The notes beneath the pieces are model-generated. The model saw only the letters and a program-made list of their open reading frames with translations. It did no database searches and was not told where the DNA came from. Positions 27,847-38,705 of a stretch of 64,000 nucleotides of DNA are shown in pieces. The stretch's first letter is position 1. Every line of letters starts with the position of its first letter. The position numbers and the translations under genes were made by a program. Source of the DNA: Candidatus Latescibacterota bacterium. GTDB taxonomy: Bacteria > Latescibacterota > UBA2968 > UBA8231. The stretch lies in NCBI GenBank assembly GCA_965206595.1, contig OZ242214.1:5280001-5344000 (forward strand). The letters run 5' to 3'.

Positions 27847-29613
27847 TCACTCTGGTCCCTGCCGCCAGCGGCCCTCGAAAACCTGCTGGAGCCAGAGCTC
27901 AAGGGTCAGGTAGCGGCAGAGCTGCTGGCTGCGGTCGCTTCCGTTCAGGTGCTCCTCGAGCGTTGCGGTCACTTCCTTCCCTGAAATGTAGCTCCGATAC
28001 AGGGCGCCGGGGTTGGACAGCAGCTCGGAAAAGGTGCTGCGGGCCGGGTCCCGGCGGATCCATCCGGGGTAATCGAAAAGGCCGGTGTGCTCGCCCCGGC
28101 CCCGGAAGCCCAGCCGTCTCCGCAGCCCGCGGAGCTTTGCGCGCGTCCGGACCGCCCACATGGGCCAAGTGAGAGGCAGCCCCGTGGCCTGCCAGGGGAT
28201 GTCATTGAAGTAGTCGGGGAAGGTGGTCAGAAGCATGGTCCGGTAGAGCCGGTTGTTCCGTTTCAGGGCCGTGGGGAGGGCGAAGAGCAGCTCCTGAAAC
28301 TGGTTGTCGAGAAAGGGGAGGCGGTAGTCGACGCCCCGGGCGATCGCCAGCCGCAGTCCGTGGAGGGTGAAGCAGCGCATGCGATGGGTTATGTAAAGCA
28401 CGTGCGCCGAGCCGGCGTGGGAAAACTCCTCCTCGAGGACCGCGGCGAGGCCGGGGGAGCGCTCCGGGTCGAGGAAAAGCACGTTGCGGGCATAATCGGA
28501 AAAGCAGGCTTCTTCGAACAGGTGGCCGCCGCCGACGATTCCATCTCCACCCGCCCCCGACAGGGCCGTCTCGAACAGATCCCCCAGGCCGGGATACTCG
28601 ACGCCGTGCATGTGGTAGAGGTCGAGCTGGCCGTCGGTCGCCCAGACCCCGCCGATGCGGGGGAGAAACCAGTTTCCGGGACCGATCTCGAAGGTGTGGT
28701 GCCGCGCCCCCTTGCGGGCGGCGGCCATGGCGGCGAAGCGGACCTCGCTGCTGCCCTCGGAGCCGAAGGTCAGGGCCGGGACCGGCTCCTGGCGCTGCGG
28801 CATGGCTGCAAGGATCGCCCGGGAGTCGAGCCCGCCGCTGAGGGTCAGGCCGACGCGCTCTCCCGGTCCGCAGCGCCGTTCGACTGCCCGCACGAACCGC
28901 CTGCCCAGCTCTTCGGCCAGCTCCCGGGGGGATGCTTTGCCGATGTCGGGAGAAACCCTACTCCAGTCCCAGTAGCGCCTTTCCTGTATGGTCCGGTCTC
29001 GGAGGTCCCAGGAAAGGCAGGTTGCCGGCGCCAGGCGCTCGACGTTTTCCAGCCAGGTACGGTTTCCCACGAAGTAGCCGATGCCGAGAAAGGCTTCCAA
29101 AGACAGGCGGTCGAGGACGGGACTGAACCCGGGCAGGTGCAGCAGGGCCTTGGACTCCGTCGCCCAGGCGAGGGCGTCTCCGCGGCGGGTCCAGCAGAGC
29201 TGGCGCAGCCCGTAGCGGTCGGAGACGAGGTGGACCTTCCGGGCCCGGGCGTCGTACACCGCGGCGGCGAAGGTGCCGTCGAGGGTGGCGAGTGCGGAAA
29301 GGTAATCCCCGGTTCGGAACAGGGCGTGGAGGAGCGCAGGGCCGGACGCGGCCTCGGCGCCGGGAATGTGAGTGCTCTCGTCGCCAATCCAGCATTCGCC
29401 ATCCATCCAGACGGTGAGGTCGGCAGTGCTGGAGACCTGTTCCTGCTGCGGATTGGTTGGGACGCAGGACCCCCGAACCCCGGGGAAGGAAAGGCAGGGG
29501 CCGGCTATGTGCTTTTCGTGGTATTGGAGTGCGTCCCGCATCTTGAGCAGGGCGGCGTCGGCCTCCTCATCGCTCCAGCCTGCGGGCGCGGTGAATCCGA
29601 CTATTCCAGGCAC
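27847..29613 (-). CDS. Asparagine synthetase B-like protein lacking the N-terminal Cys
   Basis: Starts 'MPGIVG'. 'DRYGLR', PP-loop 'LSGGLDSR', 'SGAGGD', 'PFLD'. Confidence 0.85.
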   Translation of the reverse strand: MPGIVGFTAPAGWSDEEADAALLKMRDALQYHEKHIAGPCLSFPGVRGSCVPTNPQQEQVSSTADLTVWMDGECWIGDESTHIPGAEAASGPALLHALFRTGDYLSALATLDGTFAAAVYDARARKVHLVSDRYGLRQLCWTRRGDALAWATESKALLHLPGFSPVLDRLSLEAFLGIGYFVGNRTWLENVERLAPATCLSWDLRDRTIQERRYWDWSRVSPDIGKASPRELAEELGRRFVRAVERRCGPGERVGLTLSGGLDSRAILAAMPQRQEPVPALTFGSEGSSEVRFAAMAAARKGARHHTFEIGPGNWFLPRIGGVWATDGQLDLYHMHGVEYPGLGDLFETALSGAGGDGIVGGGHLFEEACFSDYARNVLFLDPERSPGLAAVLEEEFSHAGSAHVLYITHRMRCFTLHGLRLAIARGVDYRLPFLDNQFQELLFALPTALKRNNRLYRTMLLTTFPDYFNDIPWQATGLPLTWPMWAVRTRAKLRGLRRRLGFRGRGEHTGLFDYPGWIRRDPARSTFSELLSNPGALYRSYISGKEVTATLEEHLNGSDRSQQLCRYLTLELWLQQVFEGRWRQGPE

Positions 29614-29674
29614 GGCGATTGAGGGGGTGCGCTCGACAAGGCCCGGCCGGTGAACCGGTCAGGGGGCACTCGAG

Positions 29675-30454
29675 TCAGATGCTCGGCCTGTCTCGGGAGA
29701 CGGCTTTGCGGAAATGTTTGAGCAGGGACCAGGCAAGGAGAAAGGGAAGCAAGGGGGCCAGAATCGGGCGGGCCGCAATCAGGTGAAGGAAGGCCCGCAT
29801 CTCTCCCCTCCGCATCGCCCGGCGGTTCTCGCTGAGGCCCCCGGCCGTAAGCTGGGGCCGCCCCAGCGCCGTCAGCCTGGCCGGTGAGAAGTAGCAGCCA
29901 TGGCGGGCTGCGGCGATCCGCAGCCAGAGATCGTAGTCCTCGCTGTGCCGCATCCGCTCGTCGAACCGCTGGGCAAGCGAGTGGCGGAGCACCACCGAGG
30001 ACGTCTGGCCCGGGTTCGAAACCAGGAGCCGGCGCAGGGAAAGTCTGGCGGGAGTCGGCTCATGCTCCTCTGATTCCTGCGGACCGACCGCGTAGTCGTG
30101 GGCCAGCCAGTCGATGTTTGGATTTTCGGTGAGCCAGGCATCGACAACTTCCAGCTTTTCTTCATTCCAGCGGTCGTCCGCATCGAGGAAAGCGACGAAG
30201 TCACCGGTGGCCGCTTCCCATCCGGTGTTCCTCGCCGCCGAGGGCCCGCGGTTCCGGGACAGGGTAATGAGCTTCACCAGGCCGCTGTCGCACTCGGCAG
30301 CAAATCGTTGCCGCAGGGATTCGACGGGATGCTCGCTGCTGGCGTCGTCGACGACGATGATCTCGTGGGGCATCAGTCTCTGGTTCAGGCAGCTGTCGAT
30401 CGCCGCAGTGAGGTTCGGGGCGTTGCGGGCCGGGATGACAGCGCTGAATCTCAC
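29675..30454 (-). CDS. Glycosyltransferase family 2
   Basis: 'IIVVDDAS', 'GPSAARN', 'FLDADD', 'EDYDLW'. Confidence 0.92.
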   Translation of the reverse strand: MRFSAVIPARNAPNLTAAIDSCLNQRLMPHEIIVVDDASSEHPVESLRQRFAAECDSGLVKLITLSRNRGPSAARNTGWEAATGDFVAFLDADDRWNEEKLEVVDAWLTENPNIDWLAHDYAVGPQESEEHEPTPARLSLRRLLVSNPGQTSSVVLRHSLAQRFDERMRHSEDYDLWLRIAAARHGCYFSPARLTALGRPQLTAGGLSENRRAMRRGEMRAFLHLIAARPILAPLLPFLLAWSLLKHFRKAVSRDRPSI

Positions 30455-30677
30455 CCCGAGAGCTCCTGTCGCGAATAGTCTTCCATCTCCCGGGTGGGGA
30501 CGGTGGAACGGTCCGTCGAAGAGTCGTTCAAAATGTGAGCAGGTTGGCGGGGATCGCCCGGTGGCGATGTACCGGGCTTGAAATCACGGACATCGCCGTT
30601 CTTCGGGGATGATCAGCGAGGAATGATCGGGGAGGACTGTTGTGTTAGGGCAGATGAAGCGAGACCGGAGGGGTGCG

Positions 30678-31790
30678 TTACGACTCGATCAGCTTCAACT
30701 GGGAGCCGAATGTTACTCCCGCGATTTCGCAGGCCATCTGGATTTTCCTCCGGATGGCCCCTGTGCTGAGATTGTGTCCCAGCCACCATCCATTCCCCAA
30801 GTCCAGAGATCTTTTTTCCATAAGGTCAGGATTTTCGGGGTAAAGTTCATTGCGGTTTCACGCAACCAACCGAAGCTTCCGACCCGGGGTTTGAGCTGCA
30901 AGACGCACCATGAATTCGGGATCTCGACGGTCGAATTCTTTAACCAATTCACCCAAAGTTCGGTAACTGAACCCGGTTTCCACCTGCTTGTTGTCGAGAA
31001 TGTAACCGATGATTCTTGTTGCCTTTTTCTTGTTCGACGGCGGCGGAGTGCTGGAGGAGGAGCTCTTCGATGGCGGGCGTGGGGCTGGCGGTGCGACACT
31101 CGACTTCCTTGGCAAAGTGTCGGAAAGCCGCTCCTTCAGAAACGACACGACATCCTCCGGTTCCGGCTTGGTTCCGCAGGATCTTTCTACCTCTTCAGCA
31201 AGCAGGTCACGAAGCATTTCGTCCGGAGTCTCTAGCAGAGTTCGCCAAGCGCCGGGAATTGCCTTACGGGCTTTCTCCCGCTCCCGGTTGCTCTCGTGTC
31301 GTTTTTCCGCTGAACGCCGGGCTTCTCCTGAAACGACGCGCGTTTTCCGAAGGTGTGTATCCAGAAAACGGGCGTATTCGGGTATCCTCTCTTCCCGCGT
31401 CAACTCCGCCCTATAGAACCGTCGCTCCGCAGGGTCACCCGCCGCCATGCTGAGATAAAAATCCCAGAGGTCGCCGTCCGTCAGAATGAGAAACGGAACG
31501 CCCCTGTTCACCGCATATCGGAACAGCTGCTCCTCTCCCGCGATGTCAACACGACCAAGCCCTTTTGCTTCGATGAAGACCAGCGGCCCTCCTCCTTCCG
31601 GTATCAGCGCGTAGTCAACCCATCCCTTGCCAACGGAGAATTCCGGTTTGAACTCCGCTGGGTTAGTGTCGTCCCAATCGAGGGCCCGAAGAATCGGCAG
31701 GATTATCGCCTGCTTCACCTGGGCTTCATTTTCCAGCGATCCGGAGCGAATGCGCTCGACTGCCACTTTCAGGATTTGTTCCAGACTCAT
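30678..31790 (-). pseudogene. HsdR-N-like nuclease with a C-terminal DNA-binding-like domain, internal TGA at 30858-30860
   Basis: 'NEAQVKQ', 'VDYAL', 'IEAK', 'QLFRY', 'LTDG'. The same frame continues after the TGA ('NRNELYP...GWWLGHNLS...') to TAA at 30678. Confidence 0.78.
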
Positions 31791-32081
31791 ATGCCGGGGT
31801 CCCACCGTTTTGATGCTGCTTCAAGCCTCGAAATAAGCCCGCGTATCGAGAGTGGGTCAAGGAAGTTGCCCCGGTCATCTCCGGCAGGAGAGGCCCATGT
31901 ATTGGCGCTTGGAGAACCCTCAGATGCCCCGAGAACCAAGGGGTTTTCTGCAAGATCCTAATCCTGGTGTTACCTCGTCGGGTCGTGAGGGGGCGTAGTG
32001 TAGAGCGATGGAAGCCCATCCACAGATGCCCAGTTGGTAGCCGCCGCCCTTTCCGGCCGCCTTTCCGCTTTCGAGGACCTA

Positions 32082-33248
32082 GTGTCATGTCGTGTAATTA
32101 ACTGTACAAACAATTGAAAGTGCCGTAGGTTTCCCTTATCCCCCTTCTGAAAGGAGAGACCTATGGTGACGGGGCGTCCATTAACGCCGTTAGAGCTGAG
32201 TCCGTCGGACCGGGAACGACTGGAATCGATGGCCAAATCACGAAGTCTTCCCCACGGATTGGTGCGGCGAGCCGAGATGGTGCTGCTGGCCGCCGATGGC
32301 TGGCCCAATGAAGCGGTCGCTTCCGCGGTGGGTGTGACGCGAGCTACGGTGGGCAAATGGCGCCGGCGTTTTCTCGACAACGGACTCAATGGCTTGTATG
32401 ATGAACTACGTTCAGGGGCGCCGCGATCGATCACGGACGAGCAGGTAGCCGAGGTGGTATACAAGACCCTGAAGACCAAGCCCAAAGACGAAACACAGTG
32501 GTCGGTGCGCTCCATGGGCGAAGAAACCGGCCTGACCAAGGACGCGGTTCATCGCATTTGGCGCACGTATGGTTTGCAGCCCCATCGACACAAGCGCTTC
32601 AAGCTTTCCACCGATCCTTTCTTTGTCGACAAAGTACGGGATATCGTCGGCTTGTACCTGAATCCCCCCGAGCACGCCCTGGTGCTGTGCGTGGACGAGA
32701 AGAGCCAGATCCAGGCGTTGGAACGAAGTCAGCCCATGCTGCCCCTGGGACTGGGATACGTGGAAGGGATTACGCACGACTACAAGCGGCACGGCACCAC
32801 CACCCTGTTTGCCGCCCTGGACATCGCCACCGGGGAAGTGATGACCCAGTGCAAGCCCCGTCATCGTCACCAGGAGTTCCTCCAGTTCCTGCGCCACATC
32901 GAGGCCAACGTGCCCGCTGACCTCGATATTCATCTCGTCGTCGACAACTACGCCACGCATAAGCATGCCAAGGTCAAGCGATGGCTGGCACGGCGTCCCC
33001 GATTTCACCTTCACTACACTCCCACGTATGCTTCGTGGCTCAATCAGGTGGAGATCTGGTTCAATATCCTCACCCGCCAGGCGGTTCGGCGCGATTCGTT
33101 CCGCAAGGTGTCGGAGCTCATCGAGCGAATCGAACGCTACACGGCCAAATGGAACGCCAACGCACACCCTTTCGTCTGGACGGCTACGGCGGATTCCATC
33201 CTCGCCAAAATCAAGAGACTTTGTGAACGAATCTCTGCGACAGGACAC
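32082..33248 (+). mobile_element. IS630-family element, intact
   Basis: Inverted ends GTGTCATGTCG / CGACAGGACAC, each flanked by TA (32080-81 and 33249-50). Confidence 0.92.
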
Positions 33249-33251
33249 TAG
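32163..33251 (+). CDS. IS630 transposase
   Basis: '[13 protein letters not shown]', 'DNYATHK', '[10 protein letters not shown]' (DDE triad). Confidence 0.95.
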   Translation: MVTGRPLTPLELSPSDRERLESMAKSRSLPHGLVRRAEMVLLAADGWPNEAVASAVGVTRATVGKWRRRFLDNGLNGLYDELRSGAPRSITDEQVAEVVYKTLKTKPKDETQWSVRSMGEETGLTKDAVHRIWRTYGLQPHRHKRFKLSTDPFFVDKVRDIVGLYLNPPEHALVLCVDEKSQIQALERSQPMLPLGLGYVEGITHDYKRHGTTTLFAALDIATGEVMTQCKPRHRHQEFLQFLRHIEANVPADLDIHLVVDNYATHKHAKVKRWLARRPRFHLHYTPTYASWLNQVEIWFNILTRQAVRRDSFRKVSELIERIERYTAKWNANAHPFVWTATADSILAKIKRLCERISATGH

Positions 33252-34113
33252 TGGTACGCCATCAGAAGCGCCTCTACATGCAGGCGCTGAGTTACCTGCG
33301 TGTCGAGGAGGAGGCCCAGGATGCTCTCCAGGACGCATTCCTGAAGGCGTTCGGACACTGAAAGAGCCTTCTCGATTCCCGGCCTGGATGGGGCGGATAC
33401 TTCGCAACGTCTGCCTCAACAGGTTGAGGGAGGACCGCCGCCGTCGAGCCATGGGCGGAGTCGGTTGTCGAGCGGACGGATACCGAAGCGCATCCGGAGC
33501 CGGCGGTCATCCGCCGCGCAGCGTTTCAGGAGCTGCTTTCCAAGCTTCCCGAGAAAAGCGTCCTGGCGTTTACACTGCACTATCTGGAAGGCCGTTCGAT
33601 TCAGGAAGTGGCTCTTCCGACGGGAACAACCCCTTCAGGGGTGAAACAGCGGCTGTGCAGGGCGCGCAGACAGCTTCAGGTGGAGGTCACTCGCATGGAA
33701 AGAGACGCCGGTAGCAAGCAGGACCTGCCCGAGGGGTTCGCGGCGCGGACCATTGCCCGCCTGTTGGAACAGGGCAGGAGGGATCGGTTGTACATGAGGA
33801 TGAACGACGCGCGCGCACGCTTCAGGGAAGCACTGGAGGTTTACCCGGATCATCCCGAGGCATTGATGGAGCTCGGATGTACCTATGACCCCATAGAGGG
33901 GCCGTCCCAGGATGAAGTAGCAACCCTTCAACGAGCCGCCGTCCACCGTGCACACCACTTCGTACCACTTCCCGACCTGCATCTGAAGGCCGGCGGACCG
34001 GCTCTCCGCGTGCGGTCCGTGTCACGGAATTGTCAACTCCATTGCGAATATTGGATATTCACCCGCCAGCATCCGCTCGGTGCCCCGGAACCCCTCACCT
34101 CGGGAGGGAAGTT

Positions 34114-35568
34114 GTGACCGCAAACAGCTACACCTATGACCTCGTCTGCATCGGCAGCGGTCCTGCCGGCCAGCGGGCGGCCATCCAGGCCTCCAAGCTG
34201 GGCAAGAAGGTGGCCGTGGTCGAAAGGCAGCAGATGATCGGCGGCGTCTGCATCGAGTCGGGCACCATTCCTTCCAAGACCTTCCGCGAGGCGGTGCAGC
34301 GCGGCTATTCCCGTCCGGGCCTGGAGGCATCCGAGCAGTTCCGGCCCCGCTATCGCCCCACCATGCACCAGCTGATCGGCCACGTGGAGCGCGTCATCGA
34401 GCGCGAGATCTTTGTCGTCCAGGAGAACCTGTCGCGCAACGACATCCAGGTCGTGCGCGGCATCGCCTCGTTCCTCGACGGGCACACCTTGCAGGTGGAG
34501 GGCGTCGAGGGGCGCCGCAGGCTGTCGACGGACAAGGTGCTGATCGCCGTGGGCACGCGCCCCAGCGATCCACCAGGTCTCAAGGCGGACAACCAGACCA
34601 TCATGAACTCGGACTGCCTCCTCGACCTGGAGAAGATGCCGCGCAGCATCGCCGTGGTCGGGGCCGGGGTCATCGGCATCGAGTACGCCTCGATGTTCGC
34701 CGCCCTGGGGGTACAGGTGACGGTGATCGACCGGCGTCCCAGGCCGCTGGAGTTCCTCGACCACGAGATCGTCGACGAGCTCATCCACCAGATGCGCAAG
34801 GCGGACGTCACCTTCCGCTGCGGCGAAGCGGTGGAGCGCATCGAGGTGGTCGAGGTTCCCCAGCGCAAGGGTCTCATCGAGCTCGAGTCCGGCAAGCACA
34901 TCGTCGCCGACGTGGTGCTGTTCTCCGCCGGCCGCATCGGTTCGACCGAGGACCTCAATCTCGAATCGGTCGGCCTGCAGGCGGACGAGCGCGGCCGCAT
35001 GAAGGTCGACGAGAATCACCGCACGGCGACGGAGAACATCTACGCAGCCGGCGACGTCATCGGTTTCCCCGCGCTGGCCGCCACCTCCAGCGAGCAGGGA
35101 CGCCTCGCCGCCTGCCACATGTTCGGGGTCGAGGCGCAGCCGATGGGCAGCCACTTCCCGGTCGGGATCTACGCCATCCCGGAAATCTCCATGGTGGGGG
35201 CGACCGAGGAGGAGCTCACCCGGGACCGCGTGCCCTACGAGACCGGCATCGCCCATTACAAGGAGATCTCGCGCGGGCAGATTCTCGGCGACGATTCGGG
35301 AATGGTGAAGCTGATCTTCCACCGCGAGGACGGACGCCTTCTCGGGGCCCACTGCATCGGTTCGGGGGCCACCGAACTGGTCCACGTGGGCCAGGCGGTG
35401 CTGGGTCTGGGGGGCGGCCTCGACTACTTCATCCGCACGGTATTCAACTATCCCACCCTGGCGGAGTGCTACAAGGTGGCGGCCTTCAACGCGGCCAACA
35501 AGCTTGCCCTCGTGCGCAGCGCCGTCATGACCCAGGAGACGGCGACGGCCGCGGCCCTGGGTGTCTGA
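34114..35568 (+). CDS. sthA: Soluble pyridine nucleotide transhydrogenase
   Basis: 'GSGPAG', single-Cys 'GGVCIESGTIPSKT', 'FNYPTLAECYKVAA'. Confidence 0.88.
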   Translation: MTANSYTYDLVCIGSGPAGQRAAIQASKLGKKVAVVERQQMIGGVCIESGTIPSKTFREAVQRGYSRPGLEASEQFRPRYRPTMHQLIGHVERVIEREIFVVQENLSRNDIQVVRGIASFLDGHTLQVEGVEGRRRLSTDKVLIAVGTRPSDPPGLKADNQTIMNSDCLLDLEKMPRSIAVVGAGVIGIEYASMFAALGVQVTVIDRRPRPLEFLDHEIVDELIHQMRKADVTFRCGEAVERIEVVEVPQRKGLIELESGKHIVADVVLFSAGRIGSTEDLNLESVGLQADERGRMKVDENHRTATENIYAAGDVIGFPALAATSSEQGRLAACHMFGVEAQPMGSHFPVGIYAIPEISMVGATEEELTRDRVPYETGIAHYKEISRGQILGDDSGMVKLIFHREDGRLLGAHCIGSGATELVHVGQAVLGLGGGLDYFIRTVFNYPTLAECYKVAAFNAANKLALVRSAVMTQETATAAALGV

Positions 35569-35875
35569 CGGACCCGGCGCCGACCCTGGAATCAGCGTTT
35601 TGAGCGACGAGCCGATCGACCATCCGATCGACGGCACCCTCGACCTGCACACCTTTCTTCCGAGGGACGTCGGTACTCTGGTGCCCGACTACCTCGAGGC
35701 CTGCCGCGAGAAGGGGATCTTCCAGATCCGCATCGTGCACGGGAAAGGCAAGGGGATCCTTCGCGAGAGCGTCCACCGGATCCTGGAGCGCCAACCCGGC
35801 GTCGAGTCGTTCCGGCTGGCGGGTGCAGGGGGCGGCAGTTGGGGAGCCACCCTGGTGCAGCTGAGGCGGGAATAG
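35561..35875 (+). CDS. Smr domain protein
   Basis: 'LDLH', 'IVHGKGKGILR', 'WGAT'. Confidence 0.88.
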   Translation: MSDGPGADPGISVLSDEPIDHPIDGTLDLHTFLPRDVGTLVPDYLEACREKGIFQIRIVHGKGKGILRESVHRILERQPGVESFRLAGAGGGSWGATLVQLRRE

Positions 35876-35996
35876 GGAAAGGGAAGCGCGGCCGGGGAAA
35901 GGGCGTCCCGTTTGGCAGGCGCCAAGGGCCCGGTTTAGCTTGTTCGGCTGGGATTTTCGGGTACCAAAGAAACCCCCTTCCACGGGCTTCGGAGCG

Positions 35997-37190
35997 ATGA
36001 GCGACAGGATAGAACAACTGATTCAGGAGGCCCATCCCGGGCTGACGCAGCTGCGCCACGATCTTCACGAACATCCGGAGCTCGGCTACGAGGAGGAGCG
36101 CACCTCCGCCCGCATTCTCAGCGAGCTGCGGGAGCTTCCCGGACTGAGCATTCGCACCGGTGTGGCGGAGACCGGCCTGGTCGCCACCCTAGGAGCCGGC
36201 AAGCCGGGGCCCTGCGTCGCCCTGCGTGCCGACATGGACGCGCTGCCGATCCAGGAGCAGTCGGGCAAGAGCTACGCCTCCAAGGTGCCGGGCAAGATGC
36301 ACGCCTGCGGGCACGACGGCCACGTGACCTGCCTGGTGGGAGCGGCGCGCGTGCTGTCGGCGCTCGCCGACGAGCTGCCCGGTCCCGTGAAGTTCGTCTT
36401 TCAGCCCGCCGAGGAGGGGGGTGCCGGCGGCCGCCGCATGTGTGAAGAGGGAGTCCTCGCCGATCCCGAGGTGACGGCGATCTTCGGCCTTCACGGCTGG
36501 CCGACCCTGAAGATCGGCGAGATCGCCCTGCGGCCCGGACCCGTCCTGGCGAGCTCGGACAAAATGGAGATCACCGTTCGCGGCCGGGGGGCTCACGCCG
36601 CCTTCCCGCACCAGGGAGTCGACCCCATCGTCATCGCCTCCCACGTGATCGTCGCCCTGCAGACCATCGTCTCGCGGACCACGGATCCCCTCGACTCCGC
36701 GGTGGTCACGGTCGCCCGCGTCAGCGGCGGCTCGGGCTACAACATCATCCCGTCGCAGGTGGAGCTGGCCGGCACCGTGCGCAGCCTTAACACGGCAACG
36801 CGCCAGAGGGTACACCGCCGTATCGCGGAAATCGCTGAAGGCACTGCCCGAGCCCTGGGGGGCGCCGCGGAGGTGGAGATCTTCGACGGTTACCCGGTGC
36901 TCGAGAACGATCCGGTGGCCACGGGCGTCGTCGAGCGCACGGTCGCTGCGGCCGGGGCCGGCCTTTCCTTCCAGACGATGGACCCGGTGATGGGGGGCGA
37001 GGACTTCGCTTTCTACGCGCAGCGGATTCCGGCCGCCTTCTACGCCCTCGGCGTCTGTCCTGCCGGAGTGGACCAGTACCCCCACCTACACCAGCCGAAC
37101 TACGATTTTTCCGACGGGGCGATTCCTTGCGGGGTGCGCATGCACGTCGAGGTCGCGCGCCGTTTCTGGGACAACTGGCCGCGCAACTGA
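35997..37190 (+). CDS. M20D amidohydrolase
   Basis: 'LHEHPELGYEE', 'RADMDALP', 'MHACGHDGH', 'QPAEEG', 'GEDF'. Confidence 0.93.
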   Translation: MSDRIEQLIQEAHPGLTQLRHDLHEHPELGYEEERTSARILSELRELPGLSIRTGVAETGLVATLGAGKPGPCVALRADMDALPIQEQSGKSYASKVPGKMHACGHDGHVTCLVGAARVLSALADELPGPVKFVFQPAEEGGAGGRRMCEEGVLADPEVTAIFGLHGWPTLKIGEIALRPGPVLASSDKMEITVRGRGAHAAFPHQGVDPIVIASHVIVALQTIVSRTTDPLDSAVVTVARVSGGSGYNIIPSQVELAGTVRSLNTATRQRVHRRIAEIAEGTARALGGAAEVEIFDGYPVLENDPVATGVVERTVAAAGAGLSFQTMDPVMGGEDFAFYAQRIPAAFYALGVCPAGVDQYPHLHQPNYDFSDGAIPCGVRMHVEVARRFWDNWPRN

Positions 37191-37228
37191 AGCGGTTCGG
37201 CCTCCAAGCACCCACCCACGGCACGGCG

Positions 37229-37924
37229 ATGGAACCATTACTCACCCCCGAGGAACTGCGCGTTCTCGGCTGCCTCATCGAAAAGGGGATCACCACCCCG
37301 GACTACTACCCGATGACCCTGAACGCCCTGACCGCGGCCTGCAACCAGAAGTCCAACCGCGATCCGGTGGTTCAGTACAACGAGAAGACGGCGGTGCGGA
37401 CGCTCGATTCGCTGCGGGAAAAGGAGCTGGTGCGCGTCGTCAGCGGACACGACACGCGGGTCCCCAAGTACTATCACCGGTTCACCGACGTCCGGGGGTT
37501 CTCCGAGCCGGAGGTGGCGGTGCTCTGCGAGCTGATGCTGCGGGGGCCGCAGACGCCCGGCGAGCTGCGCAACCGCGGCAGCCGCATGCACCCCTTCGAG
37601 AACCTCGCCGAGGTGGAGGCGGCCCTCGAATCGCTGATGAACCGGGAGGCAGGGGCCGCGGTCGTCAGGCTGCCCCGTCAGCCCGGGTTCAAGGAGTCCC
37701 GCTTCGCCCACCTGCTCGGGGGTCCCCCCGAGATCGAGGAGCCTTCCGGCGACGGCTCGGACGGCCCCGGAGAACCGGGCGGCGTTAAACCGGAAGCGGC
37801 GCGTCTCGCCGCCGCCGCCAAGGACGAAAGGCTCGACCGCCTCGAAGCAGCGGTCGCCGAGATGGCTGCGGAAATCGCCTCCTTGCGCTCGGGGTTCGAG
37901 GAGTTCAAGCGCCAGTTCGAATAG
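37229..37924 (+). CDS. yceH: YceH/DUF480 family protein
   Basis: 'RVLGCLIEK..TTPDYYPMTLN', 'CNQKSNRDPV', 'LRGPQTPGELR'. Confidence 0.9.
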   Translation: MEPLLTPEELRVLGCLIEKGITTPDYYPMTLNALTAACNQKSNRDPVVQYNEKTAVRTLDSLREKELVRVVSGHDTRVPKYYHRFTDVRGFSEPEVAVLCELMLRGPQTPGELRNRGSRMHPFENLAEVEAALESLMNREAGAAVVRLPRQPGFKESRFAHLLGGPPEIEEPSGDGSDGPGEPGGVKPEAARLAAAAKDERLDRLEAAVAEMAAEIASLRSGFEEFKRQFE

Positions 37925-38705
37925 GCCGGTATCCCAATGTGGAATCCGATTCTTTCGTTCTAATTCTCGTCGATTGGCGGGGGATAGGTTTCGTCAAAGA
38001 GCTTCAAATCTTGAAAATTGGTGTAGTTACTGGTATCTCAGCTTCTCAAAAGCTTTACGGAAGATTAGGCACGGATTCATGCGCCAAGGCGGTTGACATT
38101 TATAAGGCGGCACCTCAATTCTAAATTCCCGGTCAGCTTTCCGCGCCTGGATACAGGGAATGCTGCGCTCCTTGCAGAGTTCTTTGACACTGGACTTGAA
38201 CTCATTTTCTGCTCTTATCCCAAGAATGACACGTGAAATTGGTCCTGGGAATGGACATTCTTGATCACCGCAATCCGTTGTAAAGCGCCATTCTTTCTCG
38301 TACGCCCATTCCCATGATTTGGTTTTCATCATGCGCTGTATCGTCTCGCCATCTTGGTTAATCAACATCTGCCCAAGATCTATTGGTGGATAATGTCTTT
38401 CATACCTTACCGGGGAACACATTTCTTCATCACCAAGACAGTTATTTTCGGCTCGAGTAAACTCGAAGCAAACACCCTTATGATTTTGTGCATAGTGGGA
38501 CCACATAAGTATTGAATCGCAAACTTCTGACAGGCATACGACTCCTGAGTTCTTACATTCCTTTTGGAAATCTTTCACTAGTTTGTTCAAATGTTTTCGT
38601 TCTTCGGGTGTAAATTTCCCATCGGCATCAAGCTTCGCTCTCTTGTATTGGGCAATTTGCTCTGGGCTCCGCCATCGTCGAGTTGCCTCTATGACACTCT
38701 CTTCA

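Larger units (their letters stand above)
32011..33945 (+). pseudogene. ECF sigma factor with TPR-like extension, disrupted by IS630 and frameshifts
   Basis: Rejoined sequence 'TDAQLVAAALSGRLSAFEDL|VVRHQKRLY...AQDALQDAFLKAF', then 'FPAWMGRILRNVCLN' and region 4 'LHYLEGRSIQEVA...VKQRLCRARRQL'. Ends are approximate. Confidence 0.82.

Noticed and set aside
30858-30860. TGA as selenocysteine or programmed readthrough
   Set aside because: The context ('LVA*NRNEL') fits Arg CGA>TGA, not a redox site; no SECIS recognised.
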